Source: Anaerohalosphaeraceae bacterium (GTDB lineage: Bacteria > Planctomycetota > Phycisphaerae > Sedimentisphaerales > Anaerohalosphaeraceae). From it: a stretch of 64,000 nt of DNA. The translations under genes were made by a program, and so were the position numbers. A model generated the notes under the pieces. The model had not been told where the DNA came from, searched no databases, and saw nothing but the letters and a program-made list of their open reading frames with translations. The DNA lies in the NCBI GenBank assembly GCA_050309605.1, contig JBNRMN010000067.1, positions 96,001 to 160,000 on the forward strand. The letters run 5' to 3'. Position 1 is the stretch's first letter, and every line of letters starts with the position of its first letter. Positions 1 through 9,607 of this stretch are shown here, piece by piece.

Positions 1-569
1 GCCGGTTTTTCAAGCCTGCCATCCTGAAAGACCGGTGCGTGGAAAATGATGTCGTAGGTTTGCCATTGTCCCGGTTCTCGACAGGCGTTGACCAACGGAG
101 GTTTCTGACCGTAAATGGCCGCGGCCTGGCCGTCGGGATAGGTGTCGTTCTCATAGGAGTCCAGCACCTGCACTTCGTAATGGCCCATCAAAAAGACGCC
201 GCTGTTGCCGCGCCCCTGTCCGCTGCCTTTGACGACCTCAGGGGCGGCCCACTCGATATGAAGCTGACAGGAACCGAATGCCTGGCGTGTTTGAATATCG
301 CCTGTGTCGCGGACCACTTCCATATAGCCGTCCTGAATCTTCCATTTGGCATTGCCGCCGTCTTTGCTGCTGCGCCACGCCGACAGATCCGTGCCGTCAA
401 ACAGCACGATGGCATCCGCAGGCGGCAGATGATTTTCGACGCCCGGCGCGACCACCGGCGGCCTGGGCCGATTCATATCATGTACTTCCCATTCAAACAC
501 CTGTTGAGCCGCAAATACGCCCAGTGCCATTGCTGCGACAAGTACCCCTGCTCGAACGATAAGATGCAT
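1..569 (-). CDS. DUF1080 family (3-keto-disaccharide hydrolase-like) exported protein; 3' end runs off the window
   Basis: Not in the ORF track. Manual minus-strand translation from ATG 569 (GGAG upstream): [20 protein letters not shown] signal peptide, then [17 protein letters not shown]...LHIEW...[21 protein letters not shown]...[10 protein letters not shown]. Confidence 0.9.
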   Translation of the reverse strand, partial: MHLIVRAGVLVAAMALGVFAAQQVFEWEVHDMNRPRPPVVAPGVENHLPPADAIVLFDGTDLSAWRSSKDGGNAKWKIQDGYMEVVRDTGDIQTRQAFGSCQLHIEWAAPEVVKGSGQGRGNSGVFLMGHYEVQVLDSYENDTYPDGQAAAIYGQKPPLVNACREPGQWQTYDIIFHAPVFQDGRLEKP

Positions 570-955
570 AGCCGATCTCCTGAAAAAACGATATTTCTGA
601 TATTTTTTATCTTTCTCGTGCATTGTTTTCATTTCTGTTTTACAAACGCAAAATTATAATCGAAAAAGGTGAAAAAGCAAAGCAGGTAATTTACGTTTAC
701 GCCATTGTTTTTAGGACGTTGAGAACCACGCCCTAATTTTTTAGTTATTTAGCGCGCCCGACAACGACCGATGACTCTGCAAAATTCGTCTGGACGACCT
801 GTTATTGGCCGGGTTATCGGACGGCCCCATAAATATTATACGGAACCGCCGTTACAGGGCATTTGCTTTTTGCATTTTTTGGGGTATATTTTGTTAAGAT
901 GACGTTAAGTTAATGTGTAGAAATATAATAAACCTTGATGCTTATGGGGGGTCCT

Positions 956-2131
956 ATGGCAACGAAACATGATTTCAATAATAGCCGTCGGCTCGGCGTT
1001 GTCCTGAGTCTGTTGGCCTGCTGTTTCAGTTTCACCCAGGCGTTCACTGTTATTGACCGCAGCGACGGCGATGAGATTACCATTGATTATGAGATTGAAG
1101 GCTGGGTCATGGTCTCGGATACAACCGTCAATCTCGTTGACGGTGCGTGGATCAAAGATTCATCTACCGAGGCCGGACAGTTGTGGGCCACACAGGGGGC
1201 GGTCGTGAACATCTACGCGGGGCAGATCGATGATGTGGTGGTGATTACCACCGCACAGGACCAAACACTGCCCGAGGCCCAGGTGACAGTCTTTGGCAGT
1301 GAATTTGTGAGGATCAATGCTCAAAATGAGATTATTCCCATTGATCCCGAGACGACCGAATTGGTTCTGGAAAATGAAATCTTAGGCGGCGTTTACGAAG
1401 ACGGGACGGCGTTTGCCTTTCATGTTGACTGTTACAGTCAGGGCGATTTTAAGATGTCCATCAAGCTCGGCTGGATCGCCGGTGCACCTGAAATTGACGT
1501 CTGGCCCGATGTCGTTGATTTCGGCGAGGTGGAAATCGGCCAGCAGGCATCCGCTTTTGTTACCGTCGCCAACATCGGCAACACCAGTCTGACGCTTCAG
1601 GGACTTGAAATGGTCCAGGGCGATGAGCTGGAATTCGGCATTGTGCCCTTGGCGCAGCTGCCTGTGACCCTTGAGCCTGATGAAGCGATTGAGATTGAGC
1701 TGGTCTATACGCCTCTGGTCGAAGGGCCCGCCTCGGCGGTCCTGCTGATCGGCAGCGATGACCCCGAAACGCGCGTTAGGGAGGTGCTGCTCGGTGGGGA
1801 CGGCCTGGCCCCTGAAATACCCGAACTGACGCCTCGTGAGCGAATTGACGCCATCTGTGCGTTTTATATGGCGGGTCTGAAAAACGGATCGATTGAAGGC
1901 GTCGGTCGCGGCAATTCCGGTAAAAACAAGGCGATTGCGCTGGGGCATATGCTGATCAGCGCCCGCCATTTGATCGGCGGCGGTTACGACCGGCTGTCCC
2001 TGATCGTGCTGTATTCGGTTGAGAAAAAGACCGACGGCATGCGCCGACCCCCTGATTTTGTCCAAGGGCCTTCGGTTCCCGTGCTCAATGAGATGGTCAA
2101 CGACTTGATTGAAGCCATTCGAACCCAATAA
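956..2131 (+). CDS. Exported protein with an ASH/choice-of-anchor-D-like Ig domain and a helical C-terminal domain
   Basis: Signal peptide; PEIDVWPDVVDFGEV...TVANIGNTSLTL...LPVTLEP...IGSDDP matches the ASPM-SPD-2-Hydin pattern; the start may be 935 instead. Confidence 0.7.
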   Translation: MATKHDFNNSRRLGVVLSLLACCFSFTQAFTVIDRSDGDEITIDYEIEGWVMVSDTTVNLVDGAWIKDSSTEAGQLWATQGAVVNIYAGQIDDVVVITTAQDQTLPEAQVTVFGSEFVRINAQNEIIPIDPETTELVLENEILGGVYEDGTAFAFHVDCYSQGDFKMSIKLGWIAGAPEIDVWPDVVDFGEVEIGQQASAFVTVANIGNTSLTLQGLEMVQGDELEFGIVPLAQLPVTLEPDEAIEIELVYTPLVEGPASAVLLIGSDDPETRVREVLLGGDGLAPEIPELTPRERIDAICAFYMAGLKNGSIEGVGRGNSGKNKAIALGHMLISARHLIGGGYDRLSLIVLYSVEKKTDGMRRPPDFVQGPSVPVLNEMVNDLIEAIRTQ

Positions 2132-2162
2132 GGAGCCAAAAAAGAAAAACCCGACATCCGCT

Positions 2163-2192
2163 ATGCCCGCCCTTCACGGCGGGCATTTTTTT
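2163..2192 (+). terminator. Intrinsic terminator
   Basis: ATGCCCGCC/GGCGGGCAT stem followed by a T-tract. Confidence 0.85.
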
Positions 2193-2220
2193 ATTCACGC
2201 TGCACCAATGAGGGGATTTT

Positions 2221-2275
2221 TTAGCCACTTTTTAACCGATTGCTAACATTCTGCTCATCATTGAACGGTATCTTG
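2221..2275 (+). promoter_or_regulatory. Pho-box-like 11-bp-periodic direct repeats with a downstream -10-like TATCTT
   Basis: TAGC 2222, TAAC 2233, TAAC 2244, TCAT 2255; upstream of the porin-pst operon. Confidence 0.6.
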
Positions 2276-2349
2276 CCTTCGTCCAAATCAACGTGTGTTC
2301 AGAACGGTCTGAACACCGAATCATGTGAATTGTTTGACGGAGGTAAACT

Positions 2350-3603
2350 ATGATTAAGACAATGAGCAGGTGGTTGGCCGTGGTGGTACTGGCGGCCGGT
2401 TGGGTCGATGTGTCGCGGGCCGACGAGATCAGTGAACTGCGGCAGCAGCTTCAGGAACAGTATAACGCGCTTCGCGAAGTTCAGCAGAAACTGATCGAAA
2501 TCGAGTCGGCCCAAAAACAGCAGGGCCAGGCGGTCAAAAAATTCGAATCGACCGGCGGGGCGGTGATTCCCGAAACGCTGAAATGGGCCGAGAATATCCG
2601 CCTCTACGGAGATTTTCGCTATCGCCATGAACAGATCGACGGCGACCGTGTAGATCAACGCGACCGTCACCGCATCCGGGCACGTCTGGGGCTAAAGGGC
2701 ACGATCACCGACGAATGGACGTTTGATTTGCGTTTGGCATCCGGTTCGGATGATCCGACATCGACCAACCAGGATCTGGACGGCGGCTTTTCCAGCAAGG
2801 ATTTTTGGCTGGATCGTGCCTTTTTGACCTACAAGCCGCACGCGATTGAGGGGCTGTCGCTGATGGCTGGCAAGATGAGCAACCCCTTTATGACGGTCGG
2901 CGGCAATCAGTTGATGTGGGACAGCGACCTGAATCCGGAAGGGATTGCCGTCAAATACACCGCCAGGCTTACCGACGCTGCGAGCCTGTTTGTCAATGGC
3001 GGCGGGATGTGGGTTGAAGAACGCGGCAGCGATACCGATACCAGTCTGTGGGGCGTTCAGGGCGGTCTGATACACGCCTTCGAAGACCAAAGCAAACTGA
3101 CCGGCGGAGCGGGCTTTTTCAAATACGGCAACATCAAGGGCAAACCGGCCATCGGCGCCTTTTTGGGCAATACGTCTGACGGCGGGGTGTACGCTTTCGA
3201 CTATGAGCTGATGGAGCTGTTCGGCGAATATGCGAGCAAGCTGGGCGATGTGCCGTTTACCCTGTATGGCGATTATGTCGTCAATACCGCATCACGCGTC
3301 CGTGCCGATACCGGCTGGCTGGTCGGCGCTACATATAACAAGGCCTCTGCGCCGGGGACGTGGCAGACGGGTTACGAATACCGCGACATTGAACGGGATG
3401 CGGTGCTGGGCCGCTTCAACGACTCGGACTTCGTCGGCGGCGGCACACACGGCAAAGGCCATAAGTTCAGCTTTAAGTATGCCTTGGCGAAAAATGTGGC
3501 GGCTGCGGCAACCTATTTTCTCAATGAGCGTGATGCTGTCGGCGACGGCAAGCGCGACGATGCGTATCGTCGGCTTCAATTGGATATCGAGGTCAAATTC
3601 TAA
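2350..3603 (+). CDS. Putative outer-membrane porin (phosphate-regulon associated) with an N-terminal coiled coil
   Basis: Signal peptide, coiled coil, GDFRYRHE...RHRIRARLG, DPTSTNQDL, WDSDLNPEG, C-terminal RLQLDIEVKF beta-signal; first gene of the pst cluster. Confidence 0.85.
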   Translation: MIKTMSRWLAVVVLAAGWVDVSRADEISELRQQLQEQYNALREVQQKLIEIESAQKQQGQAVKKFESTGGAVIPETLKWAENIRLYGDFRYRHEQIDGDRVDQRDRHRIRARLGLKGTITDEWTFDLRLASGSDDPTSTNQDLDGGFSSKDFWLDRAFLTYKPHAIEGLSLMAGKMSNPFMTVGGNQLMWDSDLNPEGIAVKYTARLTDAASLFVNGGGMWVEERGSDTDTSLWGVQGGLIHAFEDQSKLTGGAGFFKYGNIKGKPAIGAFLGNTSDGGVYAFDYELMELFGEYASKLGDVPFTLYGDYVVNTASRVRADTGWLVGATYNKASAPGTWQTGYEYRDIERDAVLGRFNDSDFVGGGTHGKGHKFSFKYALAKNVAAAATYFLNERDAVGDGKRDDAYRRLQLDIEVKF

Positions 3604-3645
3604 CACAATGCTAACAAGGCGTTAATCCAGACCTAACGAAACAAA
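3599..3645 (+). promoter_or_regulatory. Second Pho-box-like 11-bp-periodic array, upstream of pstS
   Basis: TAAC 3601, TAAC 3612, TAAT 3623, TAAC 3634. Confidence 0.6.
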
Positions 3646-3676
3646 CATAAAATAGCAAACGAACCAAACGAAAGGA

Positions 3677-4519
3677 ATGCGTATGAAGACTCAAAAAAAT
3701 GATTTTACGGTCATCGTGGTGTGTGCCGTCATATTGGCTGCCGGCACCGTCGTGATGGCGTCAGATAAACTCCAGATTGACGGCTCGACGACCGTCGGCC
3801 CGATTGCCGACGCCTTTACCGAGGCGTTCAGGGCGACGCATCCGACTATCGCGATTACGGTCAGCAAGACCGGCAGCGGCGACGGCGCGGCGGCGCTGGT
3901 GGACAATCGCTGCGATATTGCGATGATGAGTCGGTTTATGAAAGAATCCGAATTCAAAAAGGCCGTCGAAAACGGCGTACTGCCGGTGGCTCATGTGATT
4001 GCGATGGACGGCGTGTGCGTGGTACTGCATCCGTCCAATCCCGTTCAGGAACTGACGACCGAACAGGTACGCGGCATTTACGCCGGCCGGATTACCAACT
4101 GGAGCCAACTGGGCGGCGTCAATCGGCCTATCGTCGTCATCAGCCGCGATACCTCCAGCGGAACGTATGAATCCTTCAACGAGATGGTGATGAACAAAGA
4201 GAAGATGGCCGACCACGTCGAGTATGTCAACTCCAACCCGCAGGCCCATGCCCGCGTGCGCAGCACCGAAGGGGCGATTGGGTATGTAGGGATCGGTTTT
4301 CTGGATCGTTACGTCAAGCCGGTCAAGCTGGACGGCGTGATGCCCAGCCGCTCGACGATTGCCCGCGGCATCTTTCCGGTCAGCCGTCCGCTGTTTCTGT
4401 TTACCAACGGCTATCCCAAACTCGGCTCGCCGGCCCATGCGTTTGTGACGTTTCATCTGACCGAGCAGGGGCAGGAAATCATCGAGTCCAAAGGGTTTGT
4501 TCCTCTGACGGAGTATTAA
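3677..4519 (+). CDS. pstS: Phosphate ABC transporter substrate-binding protein
   Basis: IDGSTTVGPI, TGSGDG, SRDTSSGTYESF, AIGYVGIG motifs; operon context. Confidence 0.95.
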   Translation: MRMKTQKNDFTVIVVCAVILAAGTVVMASDKLQIDGSTTVGPIADAFTEAFRATHPTIAITVSKTGSGDGAAALVDNRCDIAMMSRFMKESEFKKAVENGVLPVAHVIAMDGVCVVLHPSNPVQELTTEQVRGIYAGRITNWSQLGGVNRPIVVISRDTSSGTYESFNEMVMNKEKMADHVEYVNSNPQAHARVRSTEGAIGYVGIGFLDRYVKPVKLDGVMPSRSTIARGIFPVSRPLFLFTNGYPKLGSPAHAFVTFHLTEQGQEIIESKGFVPLTEY

Positions 4520-5533
4520 GTGAACAACGGCGCAACCCATCCGAACATCACGTTTGAACCCGACGGCTCAGCGGTGCGGTTTACCCGTCCGCTGAGCCTC
4601 AGCGCGTCGCAGGATCTGCGCGGCTATCTTGTCTCGCACGCCGGACGCGGCCTGTTGTTTCTGATTACGTTCTTGTCGGTGGTGGCGGTGCTGCTGATTT
4701 TTGCGTTTGTGGTGGTCGAGGCGGCGCCGTTCTTTTTCAGCGGGTCATTTGCCGAGGCGTTTGCCCGGGTGCGTGAGTTCCTGGCGACCAACAACTGGTA
4801 TCCGCAGCGGGAGCACGACCCGCAGTTTGGGGCCTTGGCCATTATCGTCGGCTCGCTGTATGTAACGGTCTGTTCGCTGGCGCTGGCGGTTCCGGTGGGG
4901 GTGCTGGCGGCGGTGTTTTTAAGCGACATCGCGCCGTTTGGCGTGCGGCAGGTCTGCAAGCCGGTCATTGAGATTCTGGCGGCCATTCCGTCGGTGGCCT
5001 ATGGCGTCTTTGCGGTGATGGTCGTTGCGCCGTGGATGCAGCGGCGATTCGGGTTTGATACCGGCACCAACGCCCTGAACGCCTCGCTGATTCTGGCGGT
5101 GATGGCGCTGCCGACGATTATCAGCGTGGCCGAGGACGCCCTCTCGGCCATCGGACGAAAGACACGCGAGGCCTCGTATGCCCTGGGCGCCACCCGCGCC
5201 GAAACCATCATCAAAGTGGTCATTCCGACGGCTCACAGCGGTATCATTGCGGCGGTGATTTTGGGGATGATGCGGGCTATTGGCGAAACCATGGTCGTCT
5301 GGATGGCCTCCGGCAATGCCGCGCGGCTCCCTTCGCCGTGGTGGGATTTGTCGCAGTCGATTCGCACAATGACCGCCACAATTGCCGGCGAGCTGGGGGA
5401 AGTGCCCAAAGGCACTGATCATTACCATGTGCTGTTTGCCATCGGCATTCTGCTGTTGATCTTTACGTTTACGCTGAATTTATGCAGTGAGTATTTTATG
5501 GCCAAAGTCAAAAAACAGGCGCAAGGCGGATGA
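4520..5533 (+). CDS. pstC: Phosphate ABC transporter permease PstC
   Basis: EILAAIPSVAYG, EASYALGATRAETI, RAIGETMVVWMASGN. Confidence 0.95.
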   Translation: MNNGATHPNITFEPDGSAVRFTRPLSLSASQDLRGYLVSHAGRGLLFLITFLSVVAVLLIFAFVVVEAAPFFFSGSFAEAFARVREFLATNNWYPQREHDPQFGALAIIVGSLYVTVCSLALAVPVGVLAAVFLSDIAPFGVRQVCKPVIEILAAIPSVAYGVFAVMVVAPWMQRRFGFDTGTNALNASLILAVMALPTIISVAEDALSAIGRKTREASYALGATRAETIIKVVIPTAHSGIIAAVILGMMRAIGETMVVWMASGNAARLPSPWWDLSQSIRTMTATIAGELGEVPKGTDHYHVLFAIGILLLIFTFTLNLCSEYFMAKVKKQAQGG

Positions 5534-7164
5534 TGCGAATGATGCTGCGAAAATGGATGGACCGGTGTTTTACCTCGCTGTCGTCGCTGACGATTGTGCT
5601 GCTGGCCGGCGCGCTGCTGCTGTTTTTGATTCCGATGTTTGCCCGCGGGATGACGGCGGTGTTTTTCGGCGCGACGGTGGAATTTCGCAAGATGCAGGCC
5701 GAGTTGTTCGAGCGCGGCGATACCGACGCGCTGCGGCGGGAAATCGAACGCACCGACGCAGCGCGTGCCGAGGTGTTTGCCCTGCTCGAGCGATTCAGCG
5801 CCGGCATCGATATCGAGCGGCTTGAGAGTGAGGCCAAGAGCCTTTATCGTCAATATGGCGACGAACTGCGCTATCGCGAGACGCCGGCGGACCAATTCCT
5901 TGCGTTGCGGCAGGAAGCGCGGGCGATTCGCGACCGCCTGCTTGAGGCGTTTGAGAGTCGCGACAAGGCCGACGTGTATGCCGTTCTCGATGAACTGACC
6001 GAGAGGTATGCCGACGACACGCGATTTGTCGGTACCTCGATGGAACATCTGATCCAAATGGCCGCGACGTATCGCCGAACCCTTGAAGGCGTTGATTTGA
6101 GCCGTCGTGAAGACTATGCCGCCGAACTGGAGGCGGTCAAAGAGCAGCTTCGGTCATTGTTCGGCCCGCTGCCCGGCGAAAGTACGCCGAGTCTGGCAAT
6201 GTATCGCTTCGGGGCGACGCGGCGGGATGTAATGGAAAAGCACATTCACTACCTCGTTTGGCAGGAAAAGTGGGTTCAGCAGGCCCCCGACCAGCCGCTG
6301 GTCAAAGTCGCCGTTCGCCGCGACGACCCCGAACAGGGCGTGTTTGCCGGTACCGAGCTGGCGCCGCTTTTTGCGCTGGTCGAATCGCAGGCCGAGGCGA
6401 TGTTTGAGCCGCGAACGACGTGTTACTGGCAGTATTTTATCGATGACAGTACGCCGGGGCACTACTTTGGCGGCGTCGGGCCGGAAGTGCTCGGTACGCT
6501 GCTGCTGACCCTGCTGGCGATGGTGTTTGCCGTGCCGCTGGGTGTCATCTCGGCGGCGTATCTGGTGGAGTACGCCGGGCAAAATGTCGTGATTAAAATC
6601 ATCCGCACCTGCATCAATACGCTGGCCGGTGTGCCGAGCATCGTCTATGGCCTGTTCGGGCTGGCGTTTTTTGTGATGCTGATCGGCAATCCCTGCATCC
6701 TGACCGCCTCAATGACGCTGGCGCTGCTGGTGCTGCCGGTGATTATTCGAGCGTCTGAAGAGGCGATTCGCGCTGTGCCGCAAACCTATCGCGAGGCGTC
6801 GCTGGCCTTGGGCGCAGGGACGTTTCGCACGTTTATGACGGTTACGCTGCCGGCGGCCGGGCCGGGTATTTTGACCGGCATCATCCTGAGTCTCAGCCGA
6901 GCCGCCGGCGAGACCGCACCGATCCTCTTTGCCGGAGCGGTGGCGCTGGGGCCGGTTCCCGATTTTTCGGGGAAATGGTGGCTTCAGCCGACGCGGGCCT
7001 TGTCGTATGGCAGTTATGATATCACCGTCGGCGACAAGCTGGCGATGATGGCGCCGCATAATCAGTACGGTATGGTCACAACGCTGATTGTGCTGGTGCT
7101 GCTGCTGAATGTGACCGCGATTGTGATTCGGTCACGAATGAGCCGAAAACTGAGAGGTACCTGA
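5530..7164 (+). CDS. pstA: Phosphate ABC transporter permease PstA with a large soluble insertion after TM1
   Basis: [34 protein letters not shown]; about 270 hydrophilic residues between TM1 and the permease core. Confidence 0.93.
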   Translation: MMRMMLRKWMDRCFTSLSSLTIVLLAGALLLFLIPMFARGMTAVFFGATVEFRKMQAELFERGDTDALRREIERTDAARAEVFALLERFSAGIDIERLESEAKSLYRQYGDELRYRETPADQFLALRQEARAIRDRLLEAFESRDKADVYAVLDELTERYADDTRFVGTSMEHLIQMAATYRRTLEGVDLSRREDYAAELEAVKEQLRSLFGPLPGESTPSLAMYRFGATRRDVMEKHIHYLVWQEKWVQQAPDQPLVKVAVRRDDPEQGVFAGTELAPLFALVESQAEAMFEPRTTCYWQYFIDDSTPGHYFGGVGPEVLGTLLLTLLAMVFAVPLGVISAAYLVEYAGQNVVIKIIRTCINTLAGVPSIVYGLFGLAFFVMLIGNPCILTASMTLALLVLPVIIRASEEAIRAVPQTYREASLALGAGTFRTFMTVTLPAAGPGILTGIILSLSRAAGETAPILFAGAVALGPVPDFSGKWWLQPTRALSYGSYDITVGDKLAMMAPHNQYGMVTTLIVLVLLLNVTAIVIRSRMSRKLRGT

Positions 7165-8069
7165 TGAAATCGATGCTGACCCATTCCCGTCAAATGATGG
7201 ATGATGACCCGCACCAGGCCGCAAAGGCAGCCCCGCCGGACAAGGACAGACCGAACGGCCGTATTCGCATCAAATCGCGACAGGATATCTTTTCCGATGC
7301 GGCCATTGCGCCGGAAAAGGTGGTGATCTCAGCGCGCGATTTCAGTTTTTATTACGGCGCCAAGGTCGGCGTTGAAAACATCACGATGGATATTGAAGTC
7401 GGTTCGGTGACCGCCATCATCGGTCCCAGCGGCTGCGGTAAAAGCACATTTCTTCGCTGCATCAACCGGATGAACGACTTGATTCCGAGCGGTCGGGCCG
7501 AAGGGCTGCTGGCCGTCGGCGGACAGAATGTCTATGACCGACGCACCAATCTGGTCAATCTGCGTCAGGAGGTGGGGATGGTCTTTCAGCAGCCCAACCC
7601 GTTTGCCAAGTCGATTTATGACAACGTTTGTTACGGGCCGCGCTTGCAGGGGATTCGCCGCCGCGCCCGACTGGATGAGATTGTCGAAACGTGCCTCCGC
7701 GATGCCGCGCTGTGGGACGAGGTCAAAGACGATTTACACAAATCGGCGCTGGCCCTGTCCGGCGGCCAGCAGCAGCGGCTGTGTCTGGCCCGCACGCTGG
7801 CCACCCGCCCGACCGTCGTGCTGATGGATGAGCCGTGTTCGGCGCTGGATCCGATCGCCACCGCACGCATTGAAGATTTAATCGCGGCATTGAAGGGCAC
7901 TTACACCATCGTGATTGTAACGCACAATATGCAGCAGGCCGCCCGCGTCAGCGACCGTACGGCCTTTTTCTGTCTGGGCAAACTGATCGAGTACGGCAGG
8001 ACGGATCGGCTCTTTACCAACCCGGCCGTCAAACAGACCGAAGATTATATCACCGGACGATTCGGCTGA
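7164..8069 (+). CDS. pstB: Phosphate ABC transporter ATP-binding protein
   Basis: [51 protein letters not shown]. Confidence 0.97.
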   Translation: MKSMLTHSRQMMDDDPHQAAKAAPPDKDRPNGRIRIKSRQDIFSDAAIAPEKVVISARDFSFYYGAKVGVENITMDIEVGSVTAIIGPSGCGKSTFLRCINRMNDLIPSGRAEGLLAVGGQNVYDRRTNLVNLRQEVGMVFQQPNPFAKSIYDNVCYGPRLQGIRRRARLDEIVETCLRDAALWDEVKDDLHKSALALSGGQQQRLCLARTLATRPTVVLMDEPCSALDPIATARIEDLIAALKGTYTIVIVTHNMQQAARVSDRTAFFCLGKLIEYGRTDRLFTNPAVKQTEDYITGRFG

Positions 8070-8160
8070 TGTCAGCCGAAAGGAGCCGCTCCCAGGACGG
8101 GACGATTGTGCAGTGGTAACCGAATGATTAAAACCGCCGATTCACAAAGGATCGTACTGT

Positions 8161-8826
8161 ATGACAACACATATGAAAAATGAGATTGAAAAGCTCAAAA
8201 AGAAGCTTCTGGCCCTGTCAGCGGAGGTGGAACAGCAGCTCTGGCTGGCGGTCAAATCCATCAAAGAACGCGACGGCCGGATGGCTCAGCGCGTCATTGA
8301 GCAGGACTTGACCATCGACCAAAACGAAGTGGATGTGGAAGAAGAATGCCTCAAGATTCTTGCCCTGTACCAGCCCGTGGCGGTGGATTTGCGGTTTATC
8401 GTCACCGCGTTCAAGATCAACAATGACTTGGAGCGGATCGGCGATTTGTCGGTCAATATCGCCGAGCGAAGCGACTTTCTGGCTCGCCATGAACCGGTTG
8501 ATGTGCCGTTTGATTTTGACCGGATGGCGCAACTCACCCAGACCATGGTGCGCGACAGCATCGCCGCCCTGGTCAATCTGGATTGTGTACTGGCCTACGG
8601 CGTCTGTCGGCGCGACGACGAGGTGGACGCCATGAACAAGCAAATGTACGATCAGGTCAAACAGGGGATTCTTGCACACCCCGACCATATCGAAAGCCTG
8701 ATTCATCTGCTCAGCGTCTCGCGGCACCTCGAACGCATCGCCGACCACGCCACCAACATCGCCGAAGATGTCATCTATATGGTCGAAGGCCGCATCATCC
8801 GCCACAAAACCGAAGAATACACATAG
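8161..8826 (+). CDS. phoU: Phosphate signalling complex protein PhoU
   Basis: QPVAVDLR, DLERIGD, LERIADHATNIAEDVIY. Confidence 0.97.
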   Translation: MTTHMKNEIEKLKKKLLALSAEVEQQLWLAVKSIKERDGRMAQRVIEQDLTIDQNEVDVEEECLKILALYQPVAVDLRFIVTAFKINNDLERIGDLSVNIAERSDFLARHEPVDVPFDFDRMAQLTQTMVRDSIAALVNLDCVLAYGVCRRDDEVDAMNKQMYDQVKQGILAHPDHIESLIHLLSVSRHLERIADHATNIAEDVIYMVEGRIIRHKTEEYT

Positions 8827-9026
8827 CCTATCCGATGTCTCGGTACGGCATTTTGCAGTCAAGGATTAACGAAATAAGACAATCGATTGACCAGGAAAGA
8901 CGCCACCAAGAGTAGTATTTAGTTTTGAGTGTTCAGTTGAACTACGAACTTGTCCCTGTCTTCTCAGTACTGTCATAGTAAAACGTCTTGCTCAACAAAC
9001 CAATCAAAGGTGAATCTGCGCGCCGT

Positions 9027-9554
9027 TCAGTCGGTAATGCCCAGGTCGTCTTTGGTCATCAGGCTTTCGAAGACGTAGCCGGCCCGTTCGATGTTTTCGC
9101 GGGCGCCTTGTTTGCGGTCGATGACGGCGACGATTTTTTTAACGGTGGCGCCGGCGTCGGCGATGATTTTGGCCGCCTCAAGGACCTGTCCGCCGGTGGT
9201 GGCGATGTCTTCAACCAGCAGCACCACATCGCCGGCGCCGAGTCGTCCCTCGACCATTTTGCCGGTGCCGTAGTCTTTTTTGCTGTTGCGGATGATGACC
9301 CAGGGTTTGTCGGCTTCCATTGCCGTCGCCGCCGCCAGCGCCACCCCGCCCAGCTCGGCGCCGGCAATCAGCGTCACATCGTCGGTCAGATGGCCGCAAA
9401 ACGCCTTGCCCAGTGCCCGCAGCACGTCCGGCTGTGTTTCGAACAGGTACTTATCCATATAGTACGTGCTGCGTTTGCCGCTGCGCAGCACAAAATCACC
9501 TTCCAGATACGACGTTTCTTTGACTCGTCGAATCAGCGTCTGTTTATCCATCAT
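9027..9554 (-). CDS. pyrE: Orotate phosphoribosyltransferase
   Basis: GDFVLRSGKRSTYYMDK, KDYGT, LLVEDIATTGGQ PRPP motif; start chosen at the ATG after GGAG. Confidence 0.93.
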   Translation of the reverse strand: MMDKQTLIRRVKETSYLEGDFVLRSGKRSTYYMDKYLFETQPDVLRALGKAFCGHLTDDVTLIAGAELGGVALAAATAMEADKPWVIIRNSKKDYGTGKMVEGRLGAGDVVLLVEDIATTGGQVLEAAKIIADAGATVKKIVAVIDRKQGARENIERAGYVFESLMTKDDLGITD

Positions 9555-9607
9555 CGTCTCCGAAAAAACTCCGTTGTTTGTTTGCGTCTGATTCATTGTC
9601 GCCGACG

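Noticed and set aside
39..659. 206-aa plus-strand ORF
   Set aside because: Antisense shadow of the DUF1080 gene on the minus strand, which has clear family motifs
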